This document shows positions 1 through 14,900 of a DNA stretch of 64,000 bases, in pieces (position 1 is the stretch's first letter; each line of letters opens with the position of its first letter). The translations under genes and the position numbers were made by a program. Under the pieces are notes generated by a model. It had not been told where the DNA came from, did no database searches, and saw nothing but the letters and a program-made list of their open reading frames with translations. Source of the DNA: Dendrobates tinctorius (taxonomy: Eukaryota); the NCBI RefSeq assembly GCF_039654945.1, contig NW_027361792.1:620001-684000 (forward strand). The letters are read 5' to 3'.

Positions 1-2992
1 TCACTGTGTACATACATTGCATTACTGATCCTGAGTTACTTCCTGTATTATACCCCAGAGCTGCACTCACTATTCTGCTGGTGCAGTCACTGTGTACATA
101 CATTACATTACTGATCCTGAGTTACATCCTGTATTATACTCCAGAGCTGCACTCACTATTCTGCTGGTGCAGTCACTGTGTACATAGATTACATTACTGA
201 TCCTCAGTTACATCCTGTATTATACCCCAGAGCTGTGCTCACTATTCTGCTGGTGCAGTCACTGTGTACATACATTACATTACTGATACTGAGTTACATC
301 CTGTATTATACTCCAGAGCTGCACTCACTATTCTGCTGGTGCAGTCACTGTGTACATATATTACATTACTGATCCTGAGTTACATCCTGTATTATACTCC
401 AGAGCTGCACTCACTATTCTGCTGGTGCAGTCACTGTGTACATATATTACATTACTGATACTGAGTTACATCCTGTATTATACTCCAGAGCTGCACTCAC
501 TATTCTGCTGGTGCAGTCACTGTGTACATACATTACATTACATTACTGATCCTGAGTTACATCCTGTATTATACTCCAGAGCTGCACTCACTATTCTGCT
601 GGTGCAGTCACTGTGTACATATATTACATTACTGATACTGAGTTACCTCCTGTATTATACTCCAGCGCTGCACTCACTATTCTGCTGGTGCAGTCACTGT
701 GTACATACATTACATTACTGATCCTGAGTTACCTCCTGTATTATACTCCAGAGCTGCACTCATTATTCTGCTGGTGCAGTAACTGTGTACATACATTACA
801 TTACTGATCCTGAGTTACATCCTGTATTATACCCCAGAGCTGCACTCACTATTCTGCTGGTGCAGTCACTGTATACATACATTACATTACTGATCCTGAG
901 TTACATCCTGTATTATACTTCAGAGCTGCACTCACTATTCTGCTGGTGCAGTCACTGTGTACATACATTACATTACTGATCCTGAGTTACATCCTGTATT
1001 ATACCCCAGAGCTGCACTCACTATTCTGCTGGTGCAGTCACTGTGTACATACATTACATTACTGATCCTGAGTTACATCCTGTATTATACTCCAGAGCTG
1101 CACTCACTATTCTGCTGGTGCAGTCACTGTGTACATACATTACATTACTGATCCTGAGTTACATCCTGTATTATTCTCCAGAGCTGCACTCACTATTCTG
1201 CTGGTGCAGTCACTGTGTACATACATTACATTACTGATCCTGAGTTACATCCTGTATTATACTCCAGAGCTGCACTCACTATTCTGCTGGTGCAGTCACT
1301 GTGTACATACATTACATTACTGATCCTGAGTTACATCCTGTATTATACTCCAGAGCTGCACTCACTATTCTGCTGGTGCAGTCACTGTGTACATACATTA
1401 CATTACTGATCCTGAGTTACATCCTGTATTATACTCCAGAGCTGCACTCACTATTCTGCTGGTGCAGTCACTGTGTACATACATTACATTACTGATCCTG
1501 AGTTACATCCTGTATTATTCTCCAGAGCTGCACTCACTATTCTGCTGGTGCAGTCACTGTGTACATACATTACATTACTGATCCTGAGTTACCTCCTGTA
1601 TTATACTCCAGAGCTGCACTCACTATTCTGCTGGTACAGTCACTGTGTACATACATTACATTACTGATCCTGAGTTACATCCTGTATTATACCCCAGAGC
1701 TGCACTCACTATTCTGCTGGTGCAGTCACTGTGTACATACATTACATTACTGATCCTGAGTTACATCCTGTATTATACTCCAGAGCTGCACTCACTATTC
1801 TGCTGGTGCAGTCACTGTGTACATACATTACTGATCCTGAGTTACATCCTGTATTATACCCCAGAGCTGCACTCACTATTCTGCTGGTGCAGTCACTGTG
1901 TACATACATTACATTACTGATCCTGAGTTACCTCCTGTATTATACTCCAGAGCTGCACTCACTATTCTGCTGGTGCAGTCACTGTGTACATACATTACAT
2001 TACTGATCCTGAGTTACCTCCTGTATTATACTCCAGAGCTGCACTCACTATTCTGCTGGTGCAGTCACTGTCTACATACATTACTGATCCTGAGTTACAT
2101 CCTGTATTCTACCCCAGAGCTGCACTCACTATTCTGCTGGTGCAGTCACTGTGTACATACATTACATTACTGATCCTGAGTTACCTCCTGTATTATACTC
2201 CAGAGCTGCACTCACTATTCTGCTGGTGCAGTCACTGTGTACATACATTACATTACTGATCCTGAGTTACCTCCTGTATTATACTCCAGAGCTGCACTCA
2301 CTATTCTGCTAGTGCAGTCACTGTGTACATACATTACTGATCCTGAGTTACATCCTGTATTCTACCCCAGAGCTGCACTCACTATTCTGCTGGTGCAGTC
2401 ACTGTGTACATACATTACATTACTGATCCTGAGTTACCTCCTGTATTATACTCCAGAGCTGCACTCACTATTCTGCTGGTGCAGTCACTGTGTACATACA
2501 TTACATTACTGATCCTGAGTTACCTCCTGTATTATACTCCAGAGCTGCACTCACTATTCTGCTGATGCAGTCACTGTGTACATACATTACATTACTGATC
2601 CTGAGTTACCTCCTGTATTATACCCCAGAGCTGCACTCACTATTCTGCTGGTGCAGTCACTGTGTACATACATTACATTACTGATCCTGAGTTACCTCCT
2701 GTATTATACTCCAGAGCTGCACTCACTATTCTGCTGGTGCAGTCACTGTGTACATACATTACATTACTGATCCTGAGTTACATCCTGTATTATACTCCAG
2801 AGCTGCACTCACTATTCTGCTGGTGCAGTCACTGTGTACATACATTACATTACTGATCCTGAGTTACCTCCTGTGTTATACCCCAGAGCTGCACTCACTA
2901 TTCTGCTGGTGCAGTCACTGTGTACATACATTACATTATTGATCCTGAGTTACCTCCTGTATTATACTCCAGAGCTGCACTCACTATTCTGC
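1..2992. repeat. 86-bp tandem satellite, ~35 copies, runs off the left window edge
   Basis: Unit TCACTGTGTACATACATTACATTACTGATCCTGAGTTACATCCTGTATTATACTCCAGAGCTGCACTCACTATTCTGCTGGTGCAG with an 86-bp period; occasional +/-5-bp ACATT indels; array ends at ...ctattctgc. Confidence 0.98.
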
Positions 2993-3725
2993 GATGTAGT
3001 GTGATGTAGTTGCTGTATATGGAGTATACAGAGTTTCCTTTATTCCTGCACAGACCTCAGATAGCAGCAGGATGATGAATCCTTTTGGTGCTACATCAGC
3101 CTGACCACAACTGGGGAGGATGTCAGTAAGATGGGGGGGCTGTGTCGCTCTCCCCTCTGTATACCCCTGTAGGCGCGTGATGTTAGCTCAGCTCCGATGT
3201 TCTCACTGTGCAATATAACCAAGGACTTGAGTAAAATCCATCTTGTGTAACAGGACTGACTGAAAATCTGCTTCCTGTTTGGCAACTACATAACGGCCTG
3301 TTCGCAAGAACACAAGCCCCGGGGTGAAGCGATATCTCTGCACGATAGACACAAAGCAAACAGCTCCTTGTCACCATATGCATGCTATAACGAGGGGCTG
3401 TATCACTAGAAAATAAACTACCGTTTAGTGCATGCAGCACACATGCATGCCTATGTGTTGGCATGGTGATCTGGGGCTCCTCTTCATTATCCACAGTGGA
3501 AATGCACCAGCATGTATTACGGGGTGGCTCATGTATTCGCATTGTCTCCTTGTACTCAGGTCTGTAATTGGGTCCATTCAGTGGCTCCTAATAAGGGGTT
3601 TAGTCGCCAAGGTCGGATATAACGCTATTTCTCCTAGCAATTCCAGGGGATTGTCCAGCAAATGGGCATAAAAAGGGCAGAAAAAGGGCATTTGGTGGCA
3701 TTCCTGGGTGGAATGGAGATAGATT

Positions 3726-3975
3726 TCTGACAAACCTAGCTCTGTTAAGTTTATTTTGCTATTCTGCTCTTGCAGCTCGGCATGAGGACATTATAACAAA
3801 CTCAGCTCTGCTACCGGTTGATTCTGCCATACCATTGTGCTTGGACTCTGACTAACTCAGCTCTGCCTATTACGATTACAGATTTTCTGACAAACTTGGC
3901 TCTGCTGTCGGGTTTGCCTTGCTCTTCTGCTCTGCTAGCTCTGCATAAGGATGTTATGACAAACACAGCTCTGCC
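3726..3975. repeat. Five spaced copies of a ~20-bp motif (TGACAAACTCAGCTCTGC-like)
   Basis: Copies near 3726, 3794, 3847, 3886 and 3956, separated by unrelated spacers of variable length. Confidence 0.6.
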
Positions 3976-4006
3976 GCCGAGAGACTCCTCTGTACTGTTG
4001 TGCCTG

Positions 4007-4525
4007 TGTTAGGTTGAACAATAAATAATGTTCAATAATTGCCTGCTCCTGGCCCATGGATATTGATCAGTGGCCACTAAAAGAATCACACCACACACAG
4101 TCGGGTGTAATCTCTCTTTGATCAATCTTTGGAACAGCTCCAAGAGAGAGCAAGAGAGACTTTATTGATTCACACATAGGTTTTATGACCCTTGTAAGGG
4201 GGCTCGGTTAACTCTAAAATGGGAGTGTTCGGATGTATTCCATTGGTTAGTGGGTTGGGCAGTGAGCTATTCCTGGTGGATCCATGAGGTCATCAGGCTG
4301 GGTTCGTCTATGAGGTCATCACAGTGGGTGTTGTCGTGGGTGGATCCATGGAGCACATGGTGGTTTGGCCAAATAGGAAATTCCAGTTCCATGAGCACAT
4401 GGCATGAGGCAAGCAGGAAATGGCAGCCATCTTTAGTGTCTCACTTTGATCTGAAAAAGCTCATGTAAGGTGAAATAATACACTTGAGGTTAATTAAGTA
4501 TTTGAATTTAAGGCTCTCCTCAACA
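4007..4525 (-). mobile_element. Possible solo LTR (ERV-like)
   Basis: TGTT...AACA termini. On the minus strand CCAAT (~4245), TATA-like CATAAAA (~4185) and AATAAA (4161-4166) occur in LTR order. No clean TSD. Confidence 0.4.
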
Positions 4526-5955
4526 CCCTCAGTCGGTGACCAAGTCACTGCACGGATGTTTGGATCTATGGAGTGGCTGCTGGCCGACGGAGCGAGCTGG
4601 CAGAGGATGGTTAGAAAGCCCTGCCATTACCAGGAGGTCAATAATAGACACTGAATCATAAGACGGAAACAGGATGAACAAAGACTGAATAATCGGCATG
4701 AACCAGAGCAAGTGTAAACTAACTGGCAGCTCACAGCAGTAAGCTGGGAGCTTAGAAGGTTCTGGTGCTGTCCTTTTGGCCATAGCGGGGAGCTGATGAG
4801 TCCTGCTATACAGCAGACTTACCCATACGGTCAGACTGTCTTATTAGAGGGGATCCCCGTCTATATGAGAAAGATACTGTCAGCTGTCCTTGCTTCGGCA
4901 ATCTCGGGCCATCCATGTACTGCACAAACGGCCATATAGCTTAATGATCACCGTGTGATACCACATATTGCTCAGTCGCTACCATACAAAGTATATGTAA
5001 AGAAACAGTGTGTAGAATAAAATAAAGATACATTAGGTTTAAATAAATCCATCTCCTTGTGTCCATATATATATATATTGCACACAATCTATAGAATGAC
5101 GCGACGTAACGTGTGACTGTAAAGTTCCGTGTTGGGAGACGGGGATCGGTTGCCCGCTGAGCGTACCGTACCGGAGTTCCCCTGTGCAGCCGCTCTTCAC
5201 GTGGTAATTATAAATGGTTACTGTCTGAAGACTCAACCACAGCTCCAGGTTCACTTCTCCACACCAGTAACACAGAAACCGAGATATATTTATATCTAAT
5301 CTATAAGCTGAAAGACAAGTGTTGGGCGTAGTGAGAGCTGCGTGGAAATCCAGCCTCGGCTCCGGCGCAGCAGCACTTAACGATTCCCTGTTGCAATGCT
5401 CCTAATCTTGTGACTATGTGAGCTGGATGATTTATTTTGGTGACTACATGGCCATGTTTTGTATGGATGTGGCAGAGGGAAAACTTAACCCTGTAAGCAG
5501 AGTGTGGCATTGCATGACGGCAATTTATACAAATGCGCAACTACGTCACTACACAACACATTGGATGTGATTTCAGGAAAACCCGTGTCCATCGTGCGTT
5601 TAAAGACGCTGCTGAATTGTGCATTTTATGGCGCTTTTTTTTCCCCCAATAGACTTCCATGGGGACAAGGAAAAGAAATCGATTGCGTCTTTTAGTGCCG
5701 AATCACAGCTTTTCTAAGAAAAGCATAAAATGCCTCAAATCTTCACTAAAAGGCGCAAAAAAAGCAACAAAAAATGCAATAAAAAGAGCAGATTTTCTTT
5801 TGCATATATTGGCGTGGACACCTACAGAAAAAAACGCAGCAGAAAACAAGTAATTCTGCATGTGGTCTGTAAGCTTGAGAAGCTTAGTAGGGAGTTTGTG
5901 TTCAGCAGGAGCTTCTCTCATTTTTGGCACTTTCAGAGGGAAGGCAATAACCTTG

Positions 5956-8900
5956 ACAATAGCGGCTACTTCTCGGAGATATAGTCCTCTTACTGCACTG
6001 TGTGTACAATAGCGGCTATTCCTGGGAGATGTAGTCATCTTACTGGACTGCGTATACAATAGCGGCTATTCCTGGGAGATGTAGTCATCTTACTGGACTG
6101 CGTATACAATAGCGGCTATTCCTGGGAGATGTAGTCCTCTTACTGGACTGCGTATACAATAGCGGCTATTCCTGGGAGATATAGTCCTCTTACTACACTG
6201 TGTGTACAATAGCGGCTATTCCTGGGAGATGTAGTCATCTTACTGGACTGCGTATACAATAGCGGCTATTCCTGGGAGATGTAGTCATCTTACTGGACTG
6301 CGTATACAATAGCGGCTATTCCTGGGAGATGTAGTCCTCTTACTGGACTGCGTATACAATAGCGGCTATTCCTGGGAGATGTAGTCCTCTTACTGCACTG
6401 CGTATACAATAGCGGCTATTCCTGGGAGATATAGTCCTCTTACTGGACTGCGTATACAATAGCGGCTATTCCTGGGAGATGTAGTCCTCTTACTGGACTG
6501 CGTATACAATAGCGGCTATTCCTGGGAGATGTAGTCCTCTTACTCGACTGCGTATACAATAGCGGCTATTCCTGGGAGATGTAGTCCTCTTACTGGACTG
6601 CGTATACAATAGCGGCTATTCCTGGGAGATGTAGTCCTCTTACTGCACTGCGTATACAATAGCGGCTATTCCTGGGAGATATAGTCCTCTTACTGGACTG
6701 CGTATACAATAGCGGCTATTCCTGGGAGATGTAGTCCTCTTACTGGACTGCGTATACAATAGCGGCTATTCCTGGGAGATGTAGTCCTCTTACTCGACTG
6801 CGTATACAATAGCGGCTATTCCTGGGAGATGTAGTCCTCTTACTGGACTGCGTATACAATAGCGGCTATTCCTGGGAGATGTAGTCCTCTTACTGGACTG
6901 CGTATACAATAGCGGCTATTCCTGGGAGATGTAGTCCTCTTACTCGACTGCGTATACAATAGCGGCTATTCCTGGGAGATGTAGTCCTCTTACTGCACTG
7001 CGTATACAATAGCGGCTATTCCTGGGACATGTAGTCCTCTTACTCGACTGCGTATACAATAGCGGCTATTCCTGGGAGATGTAGTCCTCTTACTGCACTG
7101 CGTATACAATAGCTGCTATTCCTGGGAGATATAGTCCTCTTACTGCACTGCATGTACAATAGCAGCTATTCCTGGGAGATGTAGTCCTCTTACTGCACTG
7201 CGTATACAATAGCTGCTATTCCTGGGAGATATAGTCCTCTTACTGCACTGCATGTACAATAGCAGCTATTCCTGGGAGATGTAGTCCTCTTACTGCACTG
7301 CGTATACAATAGCTGCTATTCCTGGGAGATATAGTCCTCTTACTGCACTGTATGTACAATAGCGGCTATTCCTGGGAGATATAGTCCTCTTACTGCACTG
7401 TATGTACAATAGCGGCTATTCCTGGGAGATATAGTCCTCTTACTGCACTGCATGTACAATACCGGCTACTCCTGGGAGATATAGTCCTCTTACTGCACTG
7501 TATGTACAATAGCGGCTATTCCTGGGAGATATAGTCCTCTTACTGCACTGCATGTACAATACCGGCTATTCCTGGGAGATGTAGTCCTCTTACTGCACTG
7601 CGTGTACAATAGCGGCTATTCCTGGGAGATATAGTCCTCTTACTGCACTGCATGTACAATACCGGCTACTCCTGGGAGATATAGTCCTCTTACTGCACTG
7701 CATGTACAATAGCGGCTATTCCTGGGAGATGTAGTCCTCTTACTGCACTGCGTGTACAATAGCGGCTATTCCTGGGAGATGTAGTCCTCTTACTGCACTG
7801 CATGTACAATACCGGCTATTCCTGGGAGATATAGTCCTCTTACTGCACTGTATGTACAATAGCGGCTATTCCTGGGAGATATAGTCCTCTTACTGCACTG
7901 CATGTACAATACCGGCTACTCCTGGGAGATATAGTCCTCTTACTGCACTGCATGTACAATACCGGCTACTCCTGGGAGATATAGTCCTCTTACTGCACTG
8001 TATGTACAATAGCGGCTATTCCTGGGAGATGTAGTCCTCTTACTGCACTGTGTGTACAATACCGGCTACTCCTGGGAGATATAGTCCTCTTACTGGACTG
8101 CGTATACAATAGCGGCTGTTCCTGGGAGATGTAGTCCTCTTACTGCACTGCGTATACAATAGCCGCTATTCCTGGGAGATGTAGTCCTCTTACTCGACTG
8201 CGTATACAATAGCTGCTATTCCTGGGAGATGTAGTCCTCTTACTGCACTGCGTGTACAATAGCTGCTATTCCTGGGAGATATAGTCCTCTTACTGCACTG
8301 CATGTACAATAGCAGCTATTCCTGGGAGATATAGTCCTCTTACTGCACTGCATGTACAATAGCGGCTATTCCTGGGAGATGTAGTCCTCTTACTGGACTG
8401 CGTATACAATAGCGGCTATTCCTGGGAGATGTAGTCCTCTTACTGCACTGCGTGTACAATAGCGGCTATTCCTGGGAGATATAGTCCTCTTACTGCACTG
8501 TATGTACAATAGCGGCTATTCCTGGGAGATATAGTCCTCTTACTGCACTGCATGTACAATAGCGGCTATTCCTGGGAGATGTAGTCCTCTTACTGCACTG
8601 CATGTACAATACCGGCTATTCCTGGGAGATGTAGTCCTCTTACTGCACTGCGTGTACAATAGCGGCTACTCCTGGGAGATATAGTCCTCTTACTGCACTG
8701 TATGTACAATAGCGGCTATTCCTGGGAGATATAGTCCTCTTACTGCACTGCATGTACAATACCGGCTATTCCTGGGAGATGTAGTCCTCTTACTGCACTG
8801 CGTGTACAATAGCGGCTATTCCTGGGAGATATAGTCCTCTTACTGCACTGTATGTACAATAGCGGCTATTCCTGGGAGATGTAGTCCTCTTACTGCACTG

Positions 8901-11900
8901 CATGTACAATAGCAGCTATTCCTGGGAGATATAGTCCTCTTACTGCACTGCATGTACAATACCGGCTACTCCTGGGAGATATAGTCCTCTTACTGCACTG
9001 CATGTACAATAGCGGCTATTCCTGGGAGATGTAGTCCTCTTACTGCACTGCATGTACAATACCGGCTATTCCTGGGAGATGTAGTCCTCTTACTGCACTG
9101 CATGTACAATAGCAGCTATTCCTGGGAGATATAGTCCTCTTACTGCACTGCATGTACAATACCGGCTACTCCTGGGAGATATAGTCCTCTTACTGCACTG
9201 CATGTACAATAGCGGCTATTCCTGGGAGATGTAGTCCTCTTACTGCACTGCATGTACAATAGCGGCTATTCCTGGGAGATGTAGTCCTCTTACTGCACTG
9301 TATGTACAATACCGGCTATTCCTGGGAGATGTAGTCATCTTACTGCACTGTGTGTACAATACCGGCTACTCCTGGGAGATATAGTCCTCTTACTGGACTG
9401 CGTATACAATAGCGGCTATTCCTGGGAGATGTAGTCCTCTTACTCGACTGCGTATACAATAGCGGCTATTCCTGGGAGATGTAGTCCTCTTACTGCACTG
9501 CGTATACAATAGCCGCTATTCCTGGAAGATGTAGTCCTCTTACTCGACTGCGTATACAATAGCTGCTATTCCTGGGAGATGTAGTACTCTTACTGCACTG
9601 CATGTACAATAGCAGCTATTCCTGGTAGATATAGTCCTCTTACTGCACTGCGTATACAATAGCGGCTATTCCTGGGAGATGTAGTCCTCTTACTGGACTG
9701 CGTATACAATAGCGGCTATTCCTGGGAGATGTAGTCCTCTTACTGCACTGCGTGTACAATAGCAGCTATTCCTGGGAGATGTAGTCCTCTTACTGCACTG
9801 CATGTACAATACCGGCTATTCCTGGGAGATGTAGTCCTCTTACTGCACTGCGTGTACAATAGCGGCTATTCCTATCAGATGTAGTCCTCTTACTGCACTG
9901 CGTGTACAATAGCGGCTATTCCTGGGAGATGTAGTCGTCTTACTGCACTGTGTGTATAATAGCGGCTATTCCTGGGAGATATAGTCCTCTTACTGCACTG
10001 CGTGTCCAATAGCGGCTATTCCTGGGAGATGTAGTCGTCTTACTGCACTGTATGTACAATACCGGCTACTCCTGGGAGATATAGTCCTCTTACTGCACTG
10101 CATGTACAATAACGGCTATTCCTGGGAGATGTAGTCCTCTTACTGCACTGCATGTACAATAGCAACTATTCCTGGGAGATGTAGTCCTCTTACTGCACTG
10201 CATGTACAATACCGGCTACTCCTGGGAGATATAGTCCTCTTACTACACTGCATGTACAATACCGGCTATTCCTGGGAGATGTAGTCCTCTTACTGCACTG
10301 CGTGTACAATAGCGGCTATTCCTGGGAGATGTAGTCGTCTTACTGCACTGTATGTACAATACCGGCTACTCCTGGGAGATATAGTCCTCTTACTGCACTG
10401 CATGTACAATAACGGCTATTCCTGGGAGATGTAGTCCTCTTACTGCACTGCATGTACAATAGCAACTATTCCTGGGAGATGTAGTCCTCTTACTGCACTG
10501 CGTGTCCAATAGCGGCTATTCCTGGGAGATATAGTCCTCTTACTGCACTGCATGTACAATACCGGCTACTCCTGGGAGATATAGTCCTCTTACTGCACTG
10601 CATGTACAATACCGGCTATTCCTGGGAGATGTAGTCCTCTTACTGCACTGCGTGTACAATAGCGGCTATTCCTGGGAGATGTAGTCCTCTTACTGCACTG
10701 CGTGTACAATAGCGGCTATTCCTGGGAGATGTAGTCCTCTTACTGCACTGCATGTACAATACCGGCTATTCCTGGGAGATGTAGTCCTGTTACTGGACTG
10801 CGTATACAATAGCGGCTATTCCTGGGAGATGTAGTCCTCTTACTGGACTGCGTATACAATAGCGGCTATTCCAGGGAGATGTAGCCCTCTTACTGCACTG
10901 CATGTACAATACCGGCTATTCCTGGGAGATGTAGTCCTCTTACTGCACTGCGTGTACAATAGCGGCTATTCCTGGGAGATGTAGTCCTCTTACTGCACTT
11001 CATGTACAATAGCAGCTATTCCTGGGAGATATAGTCCTCTTACTGCACTGCATGTACAATACCGGCTATTCCTGGGAGATGTAGTCCTCTTACTGCACTG
11101 CATGTACAATAGCAGCTATTCCTGGGAGATATAGTCCTCTTACTGCACTGCATGTACAATACCGGCTACTCCCGGGAGATATAGTCCTCTTACTGCACTG
11201 CATGTACAATAGCGGCTATTCCTGGGAGATGTAGTCCTCTTACTGCACTGCATGTACAATAGCGGCTACTCCTGGGAGATATAGTCCTCTTACTGCACTG
11301 CGTGTACAATAGCGGCTATTCCTGGGAGATATAGTCCTCTTACTGCACTGCATGTACAATACCGGCTATTCCTGGGAGATGTAGTCCTCTTACTGCACTG
11401 CGTGTACAATAGCGGCTATTCCTGGGAGATATAGTCCTCTTACTGCACTGTATGTACAATAGCGGCTATTCCTGGGAGATATAGTCCTCTTACTGCACTG
11501 CATGTACAATACCGGCTATTCCTGGGAGATATAGTCCTCTTACTGCACTGCATGTACAATACCGGCTATTCCTGGGAGATGTAGTCCTGTTACTGGACTG
11601 CGTATACAATAGCGGCTATTCCTGGGAGATGTAGTCCTCTTACTGGACTGCGTATACAATAGCGGCTATTCCTGGGAGATGTAGCCCTCTTACTGCACTG
11701 CATGTACAATACCGGCTATTCCTGGGAGATGTAGTCCTCTTACTGCACTGCGTGTACAATAGCGGCTATTCCTGGGAGATGTAGTCCTCTTACTGCACTG
11801 CATGTACAATAGCAGCTATTCCTGGGAGATATAGTCCTCTTACTGCACTGCATGTACAATACCGGCTACTCCTGGGAGATATAGTCCTCTTACTGCACTG

Positions 11901-14900
11901 CATGTACAATAGCGGCTATTCCTGGGAGATGTAGTCCTCTTACTGCACTGCATGTACAATAGCGGCTACTCCTGGGAGATATAGTCCTCTTACTGCACTG
12001 CGTGTACAATAGCGGCTATTCCTGGGAGATATAGTCCTCTTACTGCACTGCATGTACAATAGCAGCTATTCCTGGGAGATATAGTCCTCTTACTGCACTG
12101 CATGTACAATACCGGCTATTCCTGGGAGATGTAGTCCTCTTACTGCACTGCGTGTACAATAGCGGCTATTCCTGGGAGATATAGTCCTCTTACTGCACTG
12201 TATGTACAATAGCGGCTATTCCTGGGAGATATAGTCCTCTTACTGCACTGCATGTACAATACCGGCTATTCCTGAGAGATATAGTCCTCTTACTGCACTG
12301 CATGTACAATAGCGGCTATTCCTGGGAGATGTAGTCCTCTTACTGCACTGTATGTACAATACCGGCTATTCCTGGGAGATGTAGTCCTCTTACTGCACTG
12401 CGTGTACAATAGCGGCTATTCCTATCAGATGTAGTCCTCTTACTGCACTGCGTGTACAATAGCGGCTATTCCTGGGAGATGTAGTCGTCTTACTGCACTG
12501 TGTGTATAATAGCGGCTATTCCTGGGAGATATAGTCCTCTTACTGCACTGCGTGTCCAATAGCGGCTATTCCTGGGAGATGTAGTCGTCTTACTGCACTG
12601 TATGTACAATACCGGCTACTCCTGGGAGATATAGTCCTCTTACTGCACTGCATGTACAATAACGGCTATTCCTGGGAGATGTAGTCCTCTTACTGCACTG
12701 CATGTACAATAGCAACTATTCCTGGGAGATGTAGTCCTCTTACTGCACTGCATGTACAATACCGGCTACTCCTGGGAGATATAGTCCTCTTACTGCACTG
12801 CATGTACAATACCGGCTATTCCTGGGAGATGTAGTCCTCTTACTGCACTGCGTGTACAATAGCGGCTATTCCTGGGAGATGTAGTCGTCTTACTGCACTG
12901 TATGTACAATACCGGCTACTCCTGGGAGATATAGTCCTCTTACTGCACTGCATGTACAATAACGGCTATTCCTGGGAGATGTAGTCCTCTTACTGCACTG
13001 CATGTACAATAGCAACTATTCCTGGGAGATGTAGTCCTCTTACTGCACTGCGTGTCCAATAGCGGCTATTCCTGGGAGATATAGTCCTCTTACTGCACTG
13101 CATGTACAATACCGGCTACTCCTGGGAGATATAGTCCTCTTACTGCACTGCATGTACAATACCGGCTATTCCTGGGAGATGTAGTCCTCTTACTGCACTG
13201 CGTGTACAATAGCGGCTATTCCTGGGAGATGTAGTCCTCTTACTGCACTGCGTGTACAATAGCGGCTATTCCTGGGAGATGTAGTCCTCTTACTGCACTG
13301 CATGTACAATACCGGCTATTCCTGGGAGATGTAGTCCTGTTACTGGACTGCGTATACAATAGCGGCTATTCCTGGGAGATGTAGTCCTCTTACTGGACTG
13401 CGTATACAATAGCGGCTATTCCTGGGAGATGTAGCCCTCTTACTGCACTGCATGTACAATACCGGCTATTCCTGGGAGATGTAGTCCTCTTACTGCACTG
13501 CGTGTACAATAGCGGCTATTCCTGGGAGATGTAGTCCTCTTACTGCACTGCATGTACAATAGCAGCTATTCCTGGGAGATATAGTCCTCTTACTGCACTG
13601 CATGTACAATACCGGCTATTCCTGGGAGATGTAGTCCTCTTACTGCACTGCATGTACAATAGCAGCTATTCCTGGGAGATATAGTCCTCTTACTGCACTG
13701 CATGTACAATACCGGCTACTCCTGGGAGATATAGTCCTCTTACTGCACTGCATGTACAATAGCGGCTATTCCTGGGAGATGTAGTCCTCTTACTGCACTG
13801 CATGTACAATAGCGGCTACTCCTGGGAGATATAGTCCTCTTACTGCACTGCGTGTACAATAGCGGCTATTCCTGGGAGATATAGTCCTCTTACTGCACTG
13901 CATGTACAATAGCAGCTATTCCTGGGAGATATAGTCCTCTTACTGCACTGCATGTACAATACCGGCTATTCCTGGGAGATGTAGTCCTCTTACTGCACTG
14001 CGTGTACAATAGCGGCTATTCCTGGGAGATATAGTCCTCTTACTGCACTGTATGTACAATAGCGGCTATTCCTGGGAGATATAGTCCTCTTACTGCACTG
14101 CATGTACAATACCGGCTATTCCTGGGAGATATAGTCCTCTTACTGCACTGCATGTACAATAGCGGCTATTCCTGGGAGATGTAGTCCTCTTACTGCACTG
14201 TATGTACAATACCGGCTATTCCTGGGAGATGTAGTCCTCTTACTGCACTGCGTGTACAATAGCGGCTATTCCTGGGAGATATAGTCCTCTTACTGCACTG
14301 CATGTACAATACCGGCTATTCCTGGGAGATATAGTCCTCTTACTGCACTGTATGTACAATAGCGGCTATTCCTGGGAGATATAGTCCTCTTACTGCACTG
14401 CATGTACAATACCGGCTACTCCTGGGAGATATAGTCCTCTTACTGCACTGCATGTACAATAGCGGCTATTCCTGGGAGATGTAGTCCTCTTACTGCACTG
14501 CATGTACAATAGCGGCTATTCCTGGGAGATGTAGTCCTCTTACTGCACTGTATGTACAATACCGGCTATTCCTGGGAGATGTAGTCATCTTACTGCACTG
14601 TGTGTACAATACCGGCTATTCCTGGGAGATATAGTCCTCTTACTGCACTGTATGTACAATAGCGGCTATTCCTGGGAGATATAGTCCTCTTACTGCACTG
14701 TATGTACAATACCGGCTACTCCTGGGAGATATAGTCCTCTTACTGCACTGCATGTACAATAGCGGCTATTCCTGGGAGATGTAGTCCTCTTACTGCACTG
14801 CATGTACAATAGCGGCTATTCCTGGGAGATGTAGTCCTCTTACTGCACTGTATGTACAATACCGGCTATTCCTGGGAGATGTAGTCATCTTACTGCACTG

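Noticed and set aside
6-2942. Many 64-123-aa ORFs (MYIHYITDPELH...)
   Set aside because: Translations of the 86-bp satellite; the period is not a multiple of 3, so the frames cycle and stop.
4794-4825. Hammerhead ribozyme (CTGATGA followed by a TGCT/AGCA hairpin)
   Set aside because: No GAAA after the stem and no evident stems I/III.
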